Assembly: GCA_965203275.1 (NCBI GenBank) | Contig: OZ241865.1 | Location: 320,001 to 384,000 of the forward strand | From: Bdellovibrionales bacterium | GTDB lineage: Bacteria > Bdellovibrionota > Bdellovibrionia > Bdellovibrionales > JAUICD01 | Direction: 5' to 3' | DNA: 64,000 nt | In this document: piece after piece, positions 51,675-61,745 of the stretch | Position numbering within the stretch: the first letter of the stretch is position 1 | Layout of the letters: every line of letters starts with the position of its first letter | Program-made: the position numbers and the translations under genes | Notes under the pieces: model-generated | Database searches by the model: none | The model's input: only the letters and a program-made list of their open reading frames with translations | What the model was told of the DNA's origin: nothing

Positions 51675-54191
51675 TTATTTCTTTAAAATTTTTAATAAAT
51701 CTTCTTTAACCAATCCAAACTTTTTATGATACACCCGATGCTCTGTTTTATTGTTATCTTGATCTTTGAGATGTTCTGATAAGCATTGATTAATTTCTTC
51801 ATCAACATGAGAACACAATAAAGGTCTCTCTAACTTAAAGCCATAAATCTTAATGTACTTATTAAATTCAAAAACTTCTTCACTATTATTGATTTGATTA
51901 GCCTTTTGACATTTACTTTTTGTTTCTAAACATACCCTCATAGCTTCTGTTATTTTTGTAATAAACCAGTCTCTACTTTCACTGAGCAAACAGACTCCTT
52001 GCAATTGCTTGACTGGTTGGCCATCATCATCTACAACACAGGCACTTAAAAGCCGAGATTCCCCTCTAAATAAACTATTAAACACTTGTGCTTTTTTGTT
52101 TTTCCCTGATAAAGACCTTTTTGGAATATACTTATTCAAATCTTTAATAGCTTCTGTTTGTTGTCGCTCTAAAATTTCACAAGATACTTTGATATTTTCA
52201 TCAGTCCAAAAATTATCATAAGCTTTCATAAGATCTCTTATGGTGATAAAATTTCCATCCTGCTGTTGAATAAAATCTAAAAGATAACCCTGCCATTTTT
52301 TATGAATTTCTTGAAAATCAGCTTTTCTTTTATTAAAAAACTTTTCTGTCTCATCATTGTAGATAAAACATATCTGTGCATCTTTTTTATTCTCAAATCG
52401 ATTGATTCTTCCAGCAGTTTGACAGTCCGCATGAGGTTGCGATAATTCTACAAGAGCTTTTTGAAAGCTTAAGTTATAAGAAGATTGCAACATCTTTGAT
52501 GTGATCACTGATTTGTCACTGATGAGTATCTTTTTTGATCCATGCTCTTGCAAAATAGATTCTAATAATTCTTTTTTATCCTCATCAGTGAAATAAGAAT
52601 GAATAAGTTTTATTTGATCTGTCTGTGCTTTTAAAAGTTTAGCAAAAATTTCTTGGCTATTTTCTACTCTTAAAAAAGAATACAAACAATCAGGTTTAAA
52701 TGTATTGATTTTTTCTATTTTCATGCTTTGAGCAGAGATTTTAAATTTATGGTTCTCTCTGGCTGAAAGCTGATCTCTTTTAAAAACACAGCTATCTTCT
52801 ACAGAGATGTATTTTAATAAAGAAGGGTCTGGTGTGCCACTCAACATCAACGTTTTAACTTCTGAGTGAAGCCAACGGCTCCTTATTGTGAGTATTTCTT
52901 TTAAAGCAGGGATCATTTTAGGGTGTTCTTTAAACTCATGGAATTCATCTAAAACCAAATGAGAGCGAAGCATCTTAATAAATTCAGAAGACTGGCTCCT
53001 CTTATAATAAGGGCTTAAAAACCTATCAAAAACCATAATATTAATATCTGAAGTTAAAAGCTCGCTACTTTTTTCTGCCTCCGGATTACAACGTTTTCTT
53101 TCTCCATTAAAAACACCTTCTATTTTGATATTATGATATTTACCATAAATTCTTTTACAATCTTCCTTAATGGAATAAAACAAACCTGTCACCTGATGTT
53201 GTCTTGGCAAAGCTATGATCAATGGATGTTTATTTTGACAGTGATGCCACCAATAAAGAGCAATGCTGGTCTTACCTCCAGCAGGATCAACTCCACAAAC
53301 AGCAAGTTTTTTATTAGACTTAGACATTTTATAAGCTAAATCATTTTGTTCTTTGCTCTTTGAGTTTTTATTAAGATTTTCCATAATATGAAATGGTAGC
53401 TTTTTTTCTGCAAAAATTGATTTTCTATCTTTCCAGTTTTGTAAAAACTCTTGAAGTTCAGTGATATCCCATAAAGACACAGCTCTATCAGATTCAAGAA
53501 GTAAGTTAAGACAAATTTGTTTAAAGGCATTATCATAAACAGTTTCTGATTCGTGTTTGAAAAACTTAGGACATTGTATTTCTTCAATATCATCATTGGG
53601 TTCTTCTAAATCAGGTTTATTGCTATTCTGATCATACAAAGGAAAAGAATCAAAAAGCTCTTTAACAAACTTATATATATTCTGTTTTATATTGTCTTCT
53701 TCTATTTTCTCAAATATGACTTTAGAATTTTCAAATCTTAATGTATCTTCTTTATCATTACAATTAGCAGGATGATGCCAATAAACAGAATGACGAACAA
53801 TATCTTTAATTTTTCCATTATTAAATCTTACAAAGTTAGCAATGTAGGCCCATGAAATTTCATTATGAAATGGTCCTTTAAAACTTTTTGGCCTAAAAGA
53901 TTCAGCATCCATGGGTATCTCTTTGAAATCATCTTTGACGTTTGATTTGCTGTGAATATATTTTTGAAAATCTTTTGAGACCTTCCCTATATCATGGAGC
54001 AGGCCAGCAGAGATCAAACATTTATTGAGTTGTCTTTCTTTATCAGGTTTGAAGTTTAATGATTTGAGCAGTAAGTGACCATAAAGGGCTACAGCCATAG
54101 AATGCTCTTTTAAAGGTTGCCCTTTTGTGTTAGCTAATAAAGTGCTTTCATTATTTTTTTGCTTTTGATTCATTGTCTTTTTCCCAATCAT
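51675..54191 (-). CDS. cas3: Cas3 HD nuclease-helicase, not fused to Cas2
   Basis: EHS, LLHDIGK, HNEIS and WHH (HD domain); PAGGKT, VLDEFH, LSGT, LIHS.F and QTAGRINR (SF2 helicase). Confidence 0.9.
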   Translation of the reverse strand: MIGKKTMNQKQKNNESTLLANTKGQPLKEHSMAVALYGHLLLKSLNFKPDKERQLNKCLISAGLLHDIGKVSKDFQKYIHSKSNVKDDFKEIPMDAESFRPKSFKGPFHNEISWAYIANFVRFNNGKIKDIVRHSVYWHHPANCNDKEDTLRFENSKVIFEKIEEDNIKQNIYKFVKELFDSFPLYDQNSNKPDLEEPNDDIEEIQCPKFFKHESETVYDNAFKQICLNLLLESDRAVSLWDITELQEFLQNWKDRKSIFAEKKLPFHIMENLNKNSKSKEQNDLAYKMSKSNKKLAVCGVDPAGGKTSIALYWWHHCQNKHPLIIALPRQHQVTGLFYSIKEDCKRIYGKYHNIKIEGVFNGERKRCNPEAEKSSELLTSDINIMVFDRFLSPYYKRSQSSEFIKMLRSHLVLDEFHEFKEHPKMIPALKEILTIRSRWLHSEVKTLMLSGTPDPSLLKYISVEDSCVFKRDQLSARENHKFKISAQSMKIEKINTFKPDCLYSFLRVENSQEIFAKLLKAQTDQIKLIHSYFTDEDKKELLESILQEHGSKKILISDKSVITSKMLQSSYNLSFQKALVELSQPHADCQTAGRINRFENKKDAQICFIYNDETEKFFNKRKADFQEIHKKWQGYLLDFIQQQDGNFITIRDLMKAYDNFWTDENIKVSCEILERQQTEAIKDLNKYIPKRSLSGKNKKAQVFNSLFRGESRLLSACVVDDDGQPVKQLQGVCLLSESRDWFITKITEAMRVCLETKSKCQKANQINNSEEVFEFNKYIKIYGFKLERPLLCSHVDEEINQCLSEHLKDQDNNKTEHRVYHKKFGLVKEDLLKILKK

Positions 54192-55317
54192 ATTTTTTAA
54201 ATTCTTTTATTCCTGCTTTTCTTAATTGATATATCTCTACAAAAATTGGATCTTTTGTCTCATAACCACGTCCCATTTCCTCAAGGCCATCATAATCCAC
54301 AAAAACCACACCTCCTTCGCCCCATCTAGCTAGGTTTGGCCCTTGTTTGAACTTTTGGATCATATCTTCCCAAGCCGAGGAATTTTGGTTTTCTTCAAAA
54401 GCTTCTTGTGATAAATAAATATCAAAATCCACACAAGCAATATAAGCCGGTGTCCCCCTCACAACAGAATAATATTGTTTATCTATCCATTGTTTGGTAT
54501 TATTCAAATCAGTAAAAACACTAAATTTGCCATAACGAGATTTTTTTATTTGATCTAAAAAATCAGTATCTAAGTCACATAAATGGCAAATTTTTTCTAT
54601 CAGCTTTAAAACTTGTGTACTTATAGATTTTTCATCTTGTATTCTTTTTAAAGCTGTATTGATACCATCTTTTAATTTTGATTGAGGGATTTTTTCATCT
54701 ATAATTTGACTTAGTTTGAGTGCATCTTGTTTTAACTTTTCATATTCTTCTTTATTTTTCTTATATGTAATAACAGTTTCTTGAAAGAGAGAATAAATAT
54801 TTGAAAGAGATAAAGACAAGGAAGCAGATTGTAATATCTTCACTAAAGGCTTTCCTAAAAGTTTTATTGTGGGATCCGCATGTTCAAAAGGATGGTTATG
54901 GAGATTCACTTTAGGGTGATCAGAAAATTCAGATTTTTTATAATGGGTGTCTTTCCTTTCAAAAAAAGTCGTGATATGAGGTTCTGATATTTTTTTAATA
55001 GCTACTGTTTGTACTATGGCATCTAAGGTAGAATTAAGCTTTTGAATAGACGGCTTTTGACTATCTTCTATTTTCTTTATCTTTTGCGTCTCCCCCATAA
55101 GGTAAGAAAATAATCCCTTGAGAGAACTCTCCCTGACAAGAGATAAGACTTTTTGAGAGCTATGTTTGGGGTGAGGAATTAATTTAATATCCTTTTCTCC
55201 TGTCTCTTGTGGTGGATAAAGAAATAATTTGCCAATTTTTATTCTCTCCCATGCTTTGTCTTGCCTGATATAAATACCGCCTGACCGGACTTTTAATTTA
55301 ATGTATGACATAATCAA
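54151..55317 (-). CDS. cas5: Cas5fv-like subunit (type I-F2), divergent
   Basis: SSLKGLFSYLMGETQKI resembles the Cas5 N-terminal motif, with a central helical insert and C-terminal GPNLARWGEGGVVFV glycine loop; follows cas7fv. Confidence 0.6.
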   Translation of the reverse strand: MIMSYIKLKVRSGGIYIRQDKAWERIKIGKLFLYPPQETGEKDIKLIPHPKHSSQKVLSLVRESSLKGLFSYLMGETQKIKKIEDSQKPSIQKLNSTLDAIVQTVAIKKISEPHITTFFERKDTHYKKSEFSDHPKVNLHNHPFEHADPTIKLLGKPLVKILQSASLSLSLSNIYSLFQETVITYKKNKEEYEKLKQDALKLSQIIDEKIPQSKLKDGINTALKRIQDEKSISTQVLKLIEKICHLCDLDTDFLDQIKKSRYGKFSVFTDLNNTKQWIDKQYYSVVRGTPAYIACVDFDIYLSQEAFEENQNSSAWEDMIQKFKQGPNLARWGEGGVVFVDYDGLEEMGRGYETKDPIFVEIYQLRKAGIKEFKKYDWEKDNESKAKK

Positions 55318-56246
55318 TCCTCAGTTACTTCTTTAAATTCTTTGAAAAAATGATGAAATTCTATCTTACTTAATTCTTCTTTCAGTTTAGACTCTTCAGC
55401 ATCTATTGTATCTTCACCATCAAAAAAAGAAACTTTAAGTGATCCCTTTTGATAAGCTAATCTGGATCCTGCTTTTAACCCATGAATACTACGTATTCTT
55501 AGAAAAACAACTTTCACAAGGTGCCTTATTTGTTTTTGATTCAATAAAATCCCCTCTCTTGGAACTTTATAAATAGCATCTTTGTCAATGTATTTTTTGA
55601 TTTCAAGAGCAGAGTCGACACCATGTTTTTCAAAATACTCTTTAAGAAGCTCTAAACATTTATCTTTATCTTTTTTGTTGATCATAGAAAAATCGTTATC
55701 TACCCCATAGAGAGATAAAAATTGAAGCTCTTTAAGATTTATCCCACCTAAAAGCTTTTGTTTCCTATAGGGCAGGTTATCTTTTGAAAACATGGACGTA
55801 TCACTTTTATCTTCACCCTTTTTATTTTTCTCTTTTCCTTCTTTTGGCTTAGAACTACTCCCTTGATCAAAAACAATATCTAAATGATCAGTAGTTACCG
55901 CATCTGCTATATGTAAAGGAGAACATTTTTTAAATCCATCATCGGGTGATAAATAACCTCTTAAAAGCCCTACTTCTGAGGCTACCATTTCAATAAATTT
56001 ATCAGCAAAAATTTTATTTGAAGGTTGTCTGGGTTGAAGGTCTTTAAATATCTCATGCCTCAAACAACGCGAAGATGTGTAATCTTTTCTTCTCTTTTGA
56101 CTTTGATCTACATTTTGAATTTCAGTGAAAGTCTTTGCACACAAATGATTCTCATGTCCATCTCTTTTACCAACTTTGTTGTAATTATAGACACCCCAAA
56201 CATCTAAAAGACCTTCAAAGGTAATAGTTTTAATTGATTGACTCAT
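55314..56246 (-). CDS. cas7: Cas7fv backbone subunit (type I-F2 / I-Fv)
   Basis: IKTITF..GVYNYN..NH..K, Y.S..CLRH.IF, AS..GLLRGY, K..SPL, TSMFSK, LQFLSL and GILLN match my recollection of the Shewanella Cas7fv motif order. Confidence 0.8.
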   Translation of the reverse strand: MSQSIKTITFEGLLDVWGVYNYNKVGKRDGHENHLCAKTFTEIQNVDQSQKRRKDYTSSRCLRHEIFKDLQPRQPSNKIFADKFIEMVASEVGLLRGYLSPDDGFKKCSPLHIADAVTTDHLDIVFDQGSSSKPKEGKEKNKKGEDKSDTSMFSKDNLPYRKQKLLGGINLKELQFLSLYGVDNDFSMINKKDKDKCLELLKEYFEKHGVDSALEIKKYIDKDAIYKVPREGILLNQKQIRHLVKVVFLRIRSIHGLKAGSRLAYQKGSLKVSFFDGEDTIDAEESKLKEELSKIEFHHFFKEFKEVTED

Positions 56247-56257
56247 AATAATCCTCC

Positions 56258-56815
56258 TTATTTCATTAAAATTAATCCATAGCCGTAGGATTTTCTAGAT
56301 CCTACGCCCTTACTTAAAGCTTGATTGAATTTATGATGATCTAAAATATGAAATTTTCCCTCAATGCTAAAAATATTGTGAATAGTAAAATAAATATCCT
56401 TTTTATCTTCTCTCCGAGGTCCAAGAAACTGACAGGATACCTGATCTCCCTTGAGACCTGTCATAAAGCAAAACTTCTCTAAGGCTTTATCTTGGTTTAT
56501 TTGAGGATAGATGTTTTTTTGTCCTCTTTTATTTTCCGGAATAATATTTTTTTTGTGTCTATTGCAAAACGAAACATGAGTTTCTAATGCCACTGTCTTA
56601 TCATCCTCATTGATTAGACTCATTTTTTGAGTGCTGTGATGTAATGGTTTAGCAGGTGGAAGTGTGGAAAGAACATACAGCAAATCACCTTGAGACAGTG
56701 ACGGACAGATATTTTGAGGAGAATTAAATAACTCTCTAATCAATGAATGAACAGAAGAATAACCAGCTTCAAATAAAGAAAAACAATAAATATTTACTTG
56801 ATTTTTCAATGTCAA
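56258..56815 (-). CDS. cas6: Cas6 endoribonuclease (Cas6e-like)
   Basis: YS.VH..I..LF N-terminus, L.VLS..PP, and C-terminal F..AL.KGVGSRKSYGYGLI G-rich loop. Confidence 0.82.
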   Translation of the reverse strand: MTLKNQVNIYCFSLFEAGYSSVHSLIRELFNSPQNICPSLSQGDLLYVLSTLPPAKPLHHSTQKMSLINEDDKTVALETHVSFCNRHKKNIIPENKRGQKNIYPQINQDKALEKFCFMTGLKGDQVSCQFLGPRREDKKDIYFTIHNIFSIEGKFHILDHHKFNQALSKGVGSRKSYGYGLILMK

Positions 56816-56844
56816 AATGACCTCACTTTAAATTGAGAAAAAAA

Positions 56845-56889
56845 CTGAACAGAAATATTCTGAGCAGAAATATTCTGAACAGAAAGATT
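56845..56889. repeat. 15-bp direct repeat x3 (ctgaacagaaatatt) upstream of cas6
   Basis: ctgaacagaaatatt / ctgagcagaaatatt / ctgaacagaaagatt. Confidence 0.85.
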
Positions 56890-57321
56890 TAAGTTTCTTC
56901 TTTCAAATTTTTCTTGGAACTCTTTTCCTTGTTTTTTGTCAAAGTTTGATGAGGGGATGGATTGTCAAACTACATTAAAATATTTTCCTAACCACATTAA
57001 CCTCTCCCCCTTTTCATAATCTATCGTCATAGTCAGACCAAGACTTTAGTCTTTATGAAAGGAAATTTTATTTATATGAAAAGTGTTTCATATTGAGGCA
57101 AAAAAGCAGGGCAGGACTCTTTAAACCCTTAAGTGCTAGATTCTAAATGCTCGATTTACTGCAATGAACAAAGAGAATACAAAGAGCGTCATTATAATAA
57201 TACTGAAAATCTACATGAACATTTGAAGGTTGTTAAGCTCAGGCAAACTCAGGAAAAAACAGATATTGTCATCCCTAACCTAAACTGAGAGGCCCCAAAA
57301 AAGCTTTGCTGGTATTTTTAT

Positions 57322-58721
57322 GAGCTTGTCCCTGATATCGGTGAAAATAGACGGCTCATAAATTAGTTTTTAATTGTTTTTTCTTTTTGTCAATAATAAT
57401 TTTTTTTAAACTTTGTTCTAATTGTTCTAAATCTTTAAATCCTTTAATGCTTTTGAAATGTTTTTCTGCTTCCAATAGACTCACAGCAGACCATCTTAAA
57501 ACTTGATCTGAAGAAGAACTCCAATTCTTTACCCTCCGAACTTTTTCCCTCACAACTGAAAAAACAGACTCAATAGGATTTGTCGATGATAATGACCTCC
57601 TTAAAAGTAATGAAACTCCAAGCTTGATCGTTGTCAGTGTCTCCATCTCTGCCTCTTTTAAAGATGTGAATGCTGAATGATTGACCCGCTTTAACCAGCT
57701 TAATAAAGACTCATGCTCTAACTTCGATGACAACTCATCTGGCATACCATGTAACTTCTTCCAACGACTCTTAAACTCTATGTGACGACTTGGAGGTAAG
57801 CAACTCAGAATATTTCTCTCTTTATGCTGAATACAACGCTGAACTACTGAACGACCTGAAAATACTCTATCTATTCCCTTCCTTAATGCTTTGCTACCAT
57901 CAATCACAAAAAGATAACCCTTCTCTTTATCAAGACCACGACCTATAAGTCCCTCCAGAAGATCACGGCAAACTTCCCAACTCTCTGTATTGCCTTCTTT
58001 AAGACCTAATATAACCTTCTTACCTTGATCTGTGATTCCTAAGGCCACTATAACCAGCGTAGAACCAATACCCACTCCATCTATCATTATCGCTGGAAAC
58101 CTGTACTTACTTAAATCACGATTGTTAATCGACTCAAGGGCTTGTTTAGATGACTTATTAAAAACTCTACTCACACTACTCCTAGAAAGTTTAAGCCCTC
58201 CTGAAATATCATCTAAAAGATGATTGTAATTCCGTGATGAAACTCCACTCATGGCATGTTTTAAAACACGATCACTGAGTATGTCATAGTGTTGAAGGGC
58301 TGAATAGATCTTAAGCCTCACTTCACGACCTGACTGCTTAACACGAGGCTTCCTAACCTGCAACTTTTGACCACCTGCAAGTATGCTACCTTTATCACTA
58401 CCAGCTCTATGATATGGTGTATCTCTATGACGACCATAACGCTCACCGCAAAGCTCTAATAGCTCTGCTTCAAAAAAACCATAGACCGAACAAAGAATAG
58501 ATGACTTGATCTCATCCTCTACAATCTGACGAATTTCTGACAAAGTATTGGCTGAAACTTGAAATGAATGACTATTTTTGGTACACTTCATAATGGCTCC
58601 TTTCTTTTTATTTTTAAAAGTTAATTGTTAATAAAATTTGGTTGGCTGAAATATGCCAACCAGGAGCCTTCTATCTTAACATCTTCTCTAAGAAAAATTC
58701 ACCGAATTATAGGACATGCTC
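57322..58721 (-). mobile_element. IS256-family insertion sequence (1400 bp) with imperfect terminal IRs and an 8-bp target duplication
   Basis: IRs gagcttgtccctgatatcggtgaa and (rc) gagcatgtcctataattcggtgaa; atttttat duplicated at 57314-57321 and 58722-58729. Confidence 0.92.
57356..58591 (-). CDS. IS256-family (Mutator) DDE transposase
   Basis: GVSSRNY, IMIDG, ALGI...G.K.ILG, FVIDGSK.L, QRCIQHK.RN, STNPIES. Confidence 0.92.
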   Translation of the reverse strand: MKCTKNSHSFQVSANTLSEIRQIVEDEIKSSILCSVYGFFEAELLELCGERYGRHRDTPYHRAGSDKGSILAGGQKLQVRKPRVKQSGREVRLKIYSALQHYDILSDRVLKHAMSGVSSRNYNHLLDDISGGLKLSRSSVSRVFNKSSKQALESINNRDLSKYRFPAIMIDGVGIGSTLVIVALGITDQGKKVILGLKEGNTESWEVCRDLLEGLIGRGLDKEKGYLFVIDGSKALRKGIDRVFSGRSVVQRCIQHKERNILSCLPPSRHIEFKSRWKKLHGMPDELSSKLEHESLLSWLKRVNHSAFTSLKEAEMETLTTIKLGVSLLLRRSLSSTNPIESVFSVVREKVRRVKNWSSSSDQVLRWSAVSLLEAEKHFKSIKGFKDLEQLEQSLKKIIIDKKKKQLKTNL

Positions 58722-58725
58722 ATTT

Positions 58726-60039
58726 TTATTCTTTTGAAGGAGTGTAGGGGCTAATATAAAGGGTTAAATTTTCTATTTTTTTAACTATCACTTCCTGATC
58801 TAATGTGACTTGAGAGTCACTGATGGCATTCCAAATACTTCCACCTAGGGCTACTTTGCATTTTCTATCTGAAATATTAGAAACCTGTACAACCACCCCT
58901 TTATCCATTAACACACTTTCTTGACCATAGTGAAAACCAGGAAGGCTACGTGTTTTTAATGCAATACGCCCTAACAAAATCATCAACAAACCAAAGCCTA
59001 TAGCAACAGGGATCATACTGATCAAAGGAAGTTCATAGCCAAATTTATTTTCATCAAATAAAAAAACACCTCCCATCACAAAAGACACAATGCCACCTAT
59101 TCCTAAAGCTCCAAAGCTAGGAACAAAAGCTTCCCCTATCATAAATCCAATGCCAACTAACATAAGCAGTAATCCTGCCCAAGAAACATCTAACTTATGA
59201 AAACTCATTAAAGAGATGACAAGTCCTATAATCCCTGCCACCCCTGGGACAAGAGTTCCTGGATGAGTGATCTCATAATATAAAAGCAGTAGACTCCCCA
59301 TAAATATAAAATAAATAAGAAAAGGCTCTGTGAAAATATCTAAAAGTTTGAAGCGAAAGCCTATATGAAATGGTTTAATGGATGATGTTTTTACAGATGT
59401 GACCTGACCTGATACCATTTGCACCTCTTTCCCTGAAGCTTGCTGTAAAAAGTCTGCCTTTGATATGGCTACAAAATCAATAGCCCCCATTTCAAGAGCT
59501 TCTTTTGCTCCTACAGATTTGGCTTCTGTGACCATATCTCTGCCAAATTTTTGACTGCGACCACGTTTTTCTATTAAGCCCTCAATCCAGCTGAGGGTAT
59601 CATTGATAACCTTTTTTTTCATATCTTCGGGTATATCTTGACCTCCAGCTTGTATGGGAGTTGCAGCTCCTATATTGGTAGATTCCATTGCCCCTGCTAT
59701 GTGGCAAGCTTGCATAATAATAGCTCCAGCACTGGCTGCATGAGCTCCTGCAGGATAAATTAAGCAAAGGTAAGGGATAGGAGAATTGAGAATTTGCTCT
59801 ACAATCAAACGGGTTGTTTGCATCACTCCACCCGGAGTATTCACTAATAAAAGAATGCTAGAACAAGATTCTGAGATAGCCTTTTGTTGTCCCCTTTCAA
59901 TATAATCATAAACAGCTACACCAATGCTACTTTCTATTTTCATCTCTAAGGTGCAATTAGCCTGCACTTGTATGGGGAAAATAAACAAATAAAGTCCTAT
60001 TAAATAAAAAAATATTATTTTAAAACACATTTTGTGCAT
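58726..60039 (-). CDS. nfeD: NfeD-family membrane serine protease
   Basis: NTPGG, AASAG..I..A..IA.M...TNIGAATP, TM bundle, and C-terminal G.IWNA.S OB domain. Confidence 0.9.
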   Translation of the reverse strand: MHKMCFKIIFFYLIGLYLFIFPIQVQANCTLEMKIESSIGVAVYDYIERGQQKAISESCSSILLLVNTPGGVMQTTRLIVEQILNSPIPYLCLIYPAGAHAASAGAIIMQACHIAGAMESTNIGAATPIQAGGQDIPEDMKKKVINDTLSWIEGLIEKRGRSQKFGRDMVTEAKSVGAKEALEMGAIDFVAISKADFLQQASGKEVQMVSGQVTSVKTSSIKPFHIGFRFKLLDIFTEPFLIYFIFMGSLLLLYYEITHPGTLVPGVAGIIGLVISLMSFHKLDVSWAGLLLMLVGIGFMIGEAFVPSFGALGIGGIVSFVMGGVFLFDENKFGYELPLISMIPVAIGFGLLMILLGRIALKTRSLPGFHYGQESVLMDKGVVVQVSNISDRKCKVALGGSIWNAISDSQVTLDQEVIVKKIENLTLYISPYTPSKE

Positions 60040-60293
60040 TTTATGCTTTCACCTCAATGATCATTTTTATGCGTTTTGCTTGAATAAATAAAGGTTCTAT
60101 AAAATATTCATATTTCTTACCTTACCTATATTATCTTATACTTTGAGGAGTAAATAAAATAAAATCTTATTATAAGTATAAGCAATATTTATTTTCTAAC
60201 TTTTTGTTTTTGTTTTGAATCTATAAGATATTTTCTCTTAAAGGATACATCGGCTTTATGGATTCTTATTTTGAGACAAATATAGAATTGATA

Positions 60294-61574
60294 TTATTCT
60301 GTAGCTCCGGCCTCTTGCAATAACCTTGCAATTTCAGTACGGTTATGTCCACTAGATTGACGTCTAGTAGTCCATAATAAAGCCGTACGGCCATTATTGT
60401 CTTGATGATTGACGTTAGCTCCGGCCGCTATCAATAACTTTACAATCTCTACATGGCCTCTATCACTAAAAACATTTCTTATCCAGTCTATAGATTCGTT
60501 ATAATGATCGATTGAAGACACCACTATTGGATACTTTCCTTTCTGTAGGAGTCCATTAACAGCATGCATTAAAGGTGTCTCCCCATCTGCATTTGCTCGA
60601 TTGACGTTAGCTCCGGCCGCTATCAATAGCTTTACAATCTCTGTATGGCCCCACTTACTAGCCAGCAATAAAGCTGTCTCGTCCTTCTTTGAGAAATAAC
60701 GCACAAATCGACTTCTAATGTTTGGATCGGCTCCAGCCGCTAGCAATAACTTTACAACCTCTGTATAGCCATCCTTACTAGCCCACATTAAAGCCGTATA
60801 GCCACCATAGCCTTGATAATTGACGTTAGCTCCGGCCGCTATCAATAACTTTACAGATTCAATGGTTTCAAGCATGAAGGGAGTCTTGCCACTAGCATAC
60901 ATTAAAAGTGTATTGTGGGTTTTGTCCACCGGCATATTAACATTCATACAAGTACTTTTTAAAAATAGCTTTAAAATTTCTGTATTTTTGACAAGGGACT
61001 TTCTAAACAAAGAATACCCTTTATAAGAAACCTTGTTATTATGTATAAAACCACCCTCAGAGTCTCCAGCCTCGTCCTCTTTAGTATACGAAAGACTACC
61101 AGGGTCTGCTCCGGCCGCTAGCAAATTCTTTATACCCTCTATATCACCATTAATAACAGCCTGTTTTAAATTTGCACGACCATGACGAGGCCTGCAAGTG
61201 TATGTTGTTGGAGTTGGTCTTAAAACTACCTGTGGAGCTGGAGTTGGTCCTGGAATCAGAGTTGCCGTTGGTTCTGGAATCCGATCTGGAGTTGGTCCTG
61301 GAATTGGAGCTGTAGATGGTCCCGGAGTTGGAGATGGTCCGGGAGTCGGAGCTGGAGTTGCCGTTGGTCCTGGAGTCGAAGTTGTAGATGGTCCTGGAAC
61401 CGGAACTGGAATCGAAGCTGGCTTTTGTTCTATTTGAGAACTGGACGTCTTACTGTCAAAACGGCTTTTCGCACAGTTGTTAAAACTGAATACCAAACAA
61501 GACAAAATAAGCAATGCTAACGATAAATAAGCAAGCCTTTTTTTAGATTTTAGATTTTTAAACATTTTAAACAT
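60294..61574 (-). CDS. Ankyrin-repeat lipoprotein with Pro/Thr-rich linker
   Basis: FSFNNC lipobox-like sequence, (PT/PGP)n linker, ankyrin repeats ending AGATE. Confidence 0.9.
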   Translation of the reverse strand: MFKMFKNLKSKKRLAYLSLALLILSCLVFSFNNCAKSRFDSKTSSSQIEQKPASIPVPVPGPSTTSTPGPTATPAPTPGPSPTPGPSTAPIPGPTPDRIPEPTATLIPGPTPAPQVVLRPTPTTYTCRPRHGRANLKQAVINGDIEGIKNLLAAGADPGSLSYTKEDEAGDSEGGFIHNNKVSYKGYSLFRKSLVKNTEILKLFLKSTCMNVNMPVDKTHNTLLMYASGKTPFMLETIESVKLLIAAGANVNYQGYGGYTALMWASKDGYTEVVKLLLAAGADPNIRSRFVRYFSKKDETALLLASKWGHTEIVKLLIAAGANVNRANADGETPLMHAVNGLLQKGKYPIVVSSIDHYNESIDWIRNVFSDRGHVEIVKLLIAAGANVNHQDNNGRTALLWTTRRQSSGHNRTEIARLLQEAGATE

Positions 61575-61745
61575 GTTGTACCGACCTTAATAAAGATTGA
61601 TTTATTTATTTATCTAAATACCTTATCGGCAGGTTTTAAAATTTACTTAAAAAAATATAGGGAAATTAACTTAAAATGCATAGATTTTTGAGACAATGAC
61701 CATTTTAGTGACCATTTTATTGACAGCGTGAGCCGTTAACGTTTT

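Noticed and set aside
50504..58591. CRISPR-associated transposon
   Set aside because: No TnsABC/TniQ, Cas3 is present, and the IS256 is self-contained with its own IRs and target duplication.
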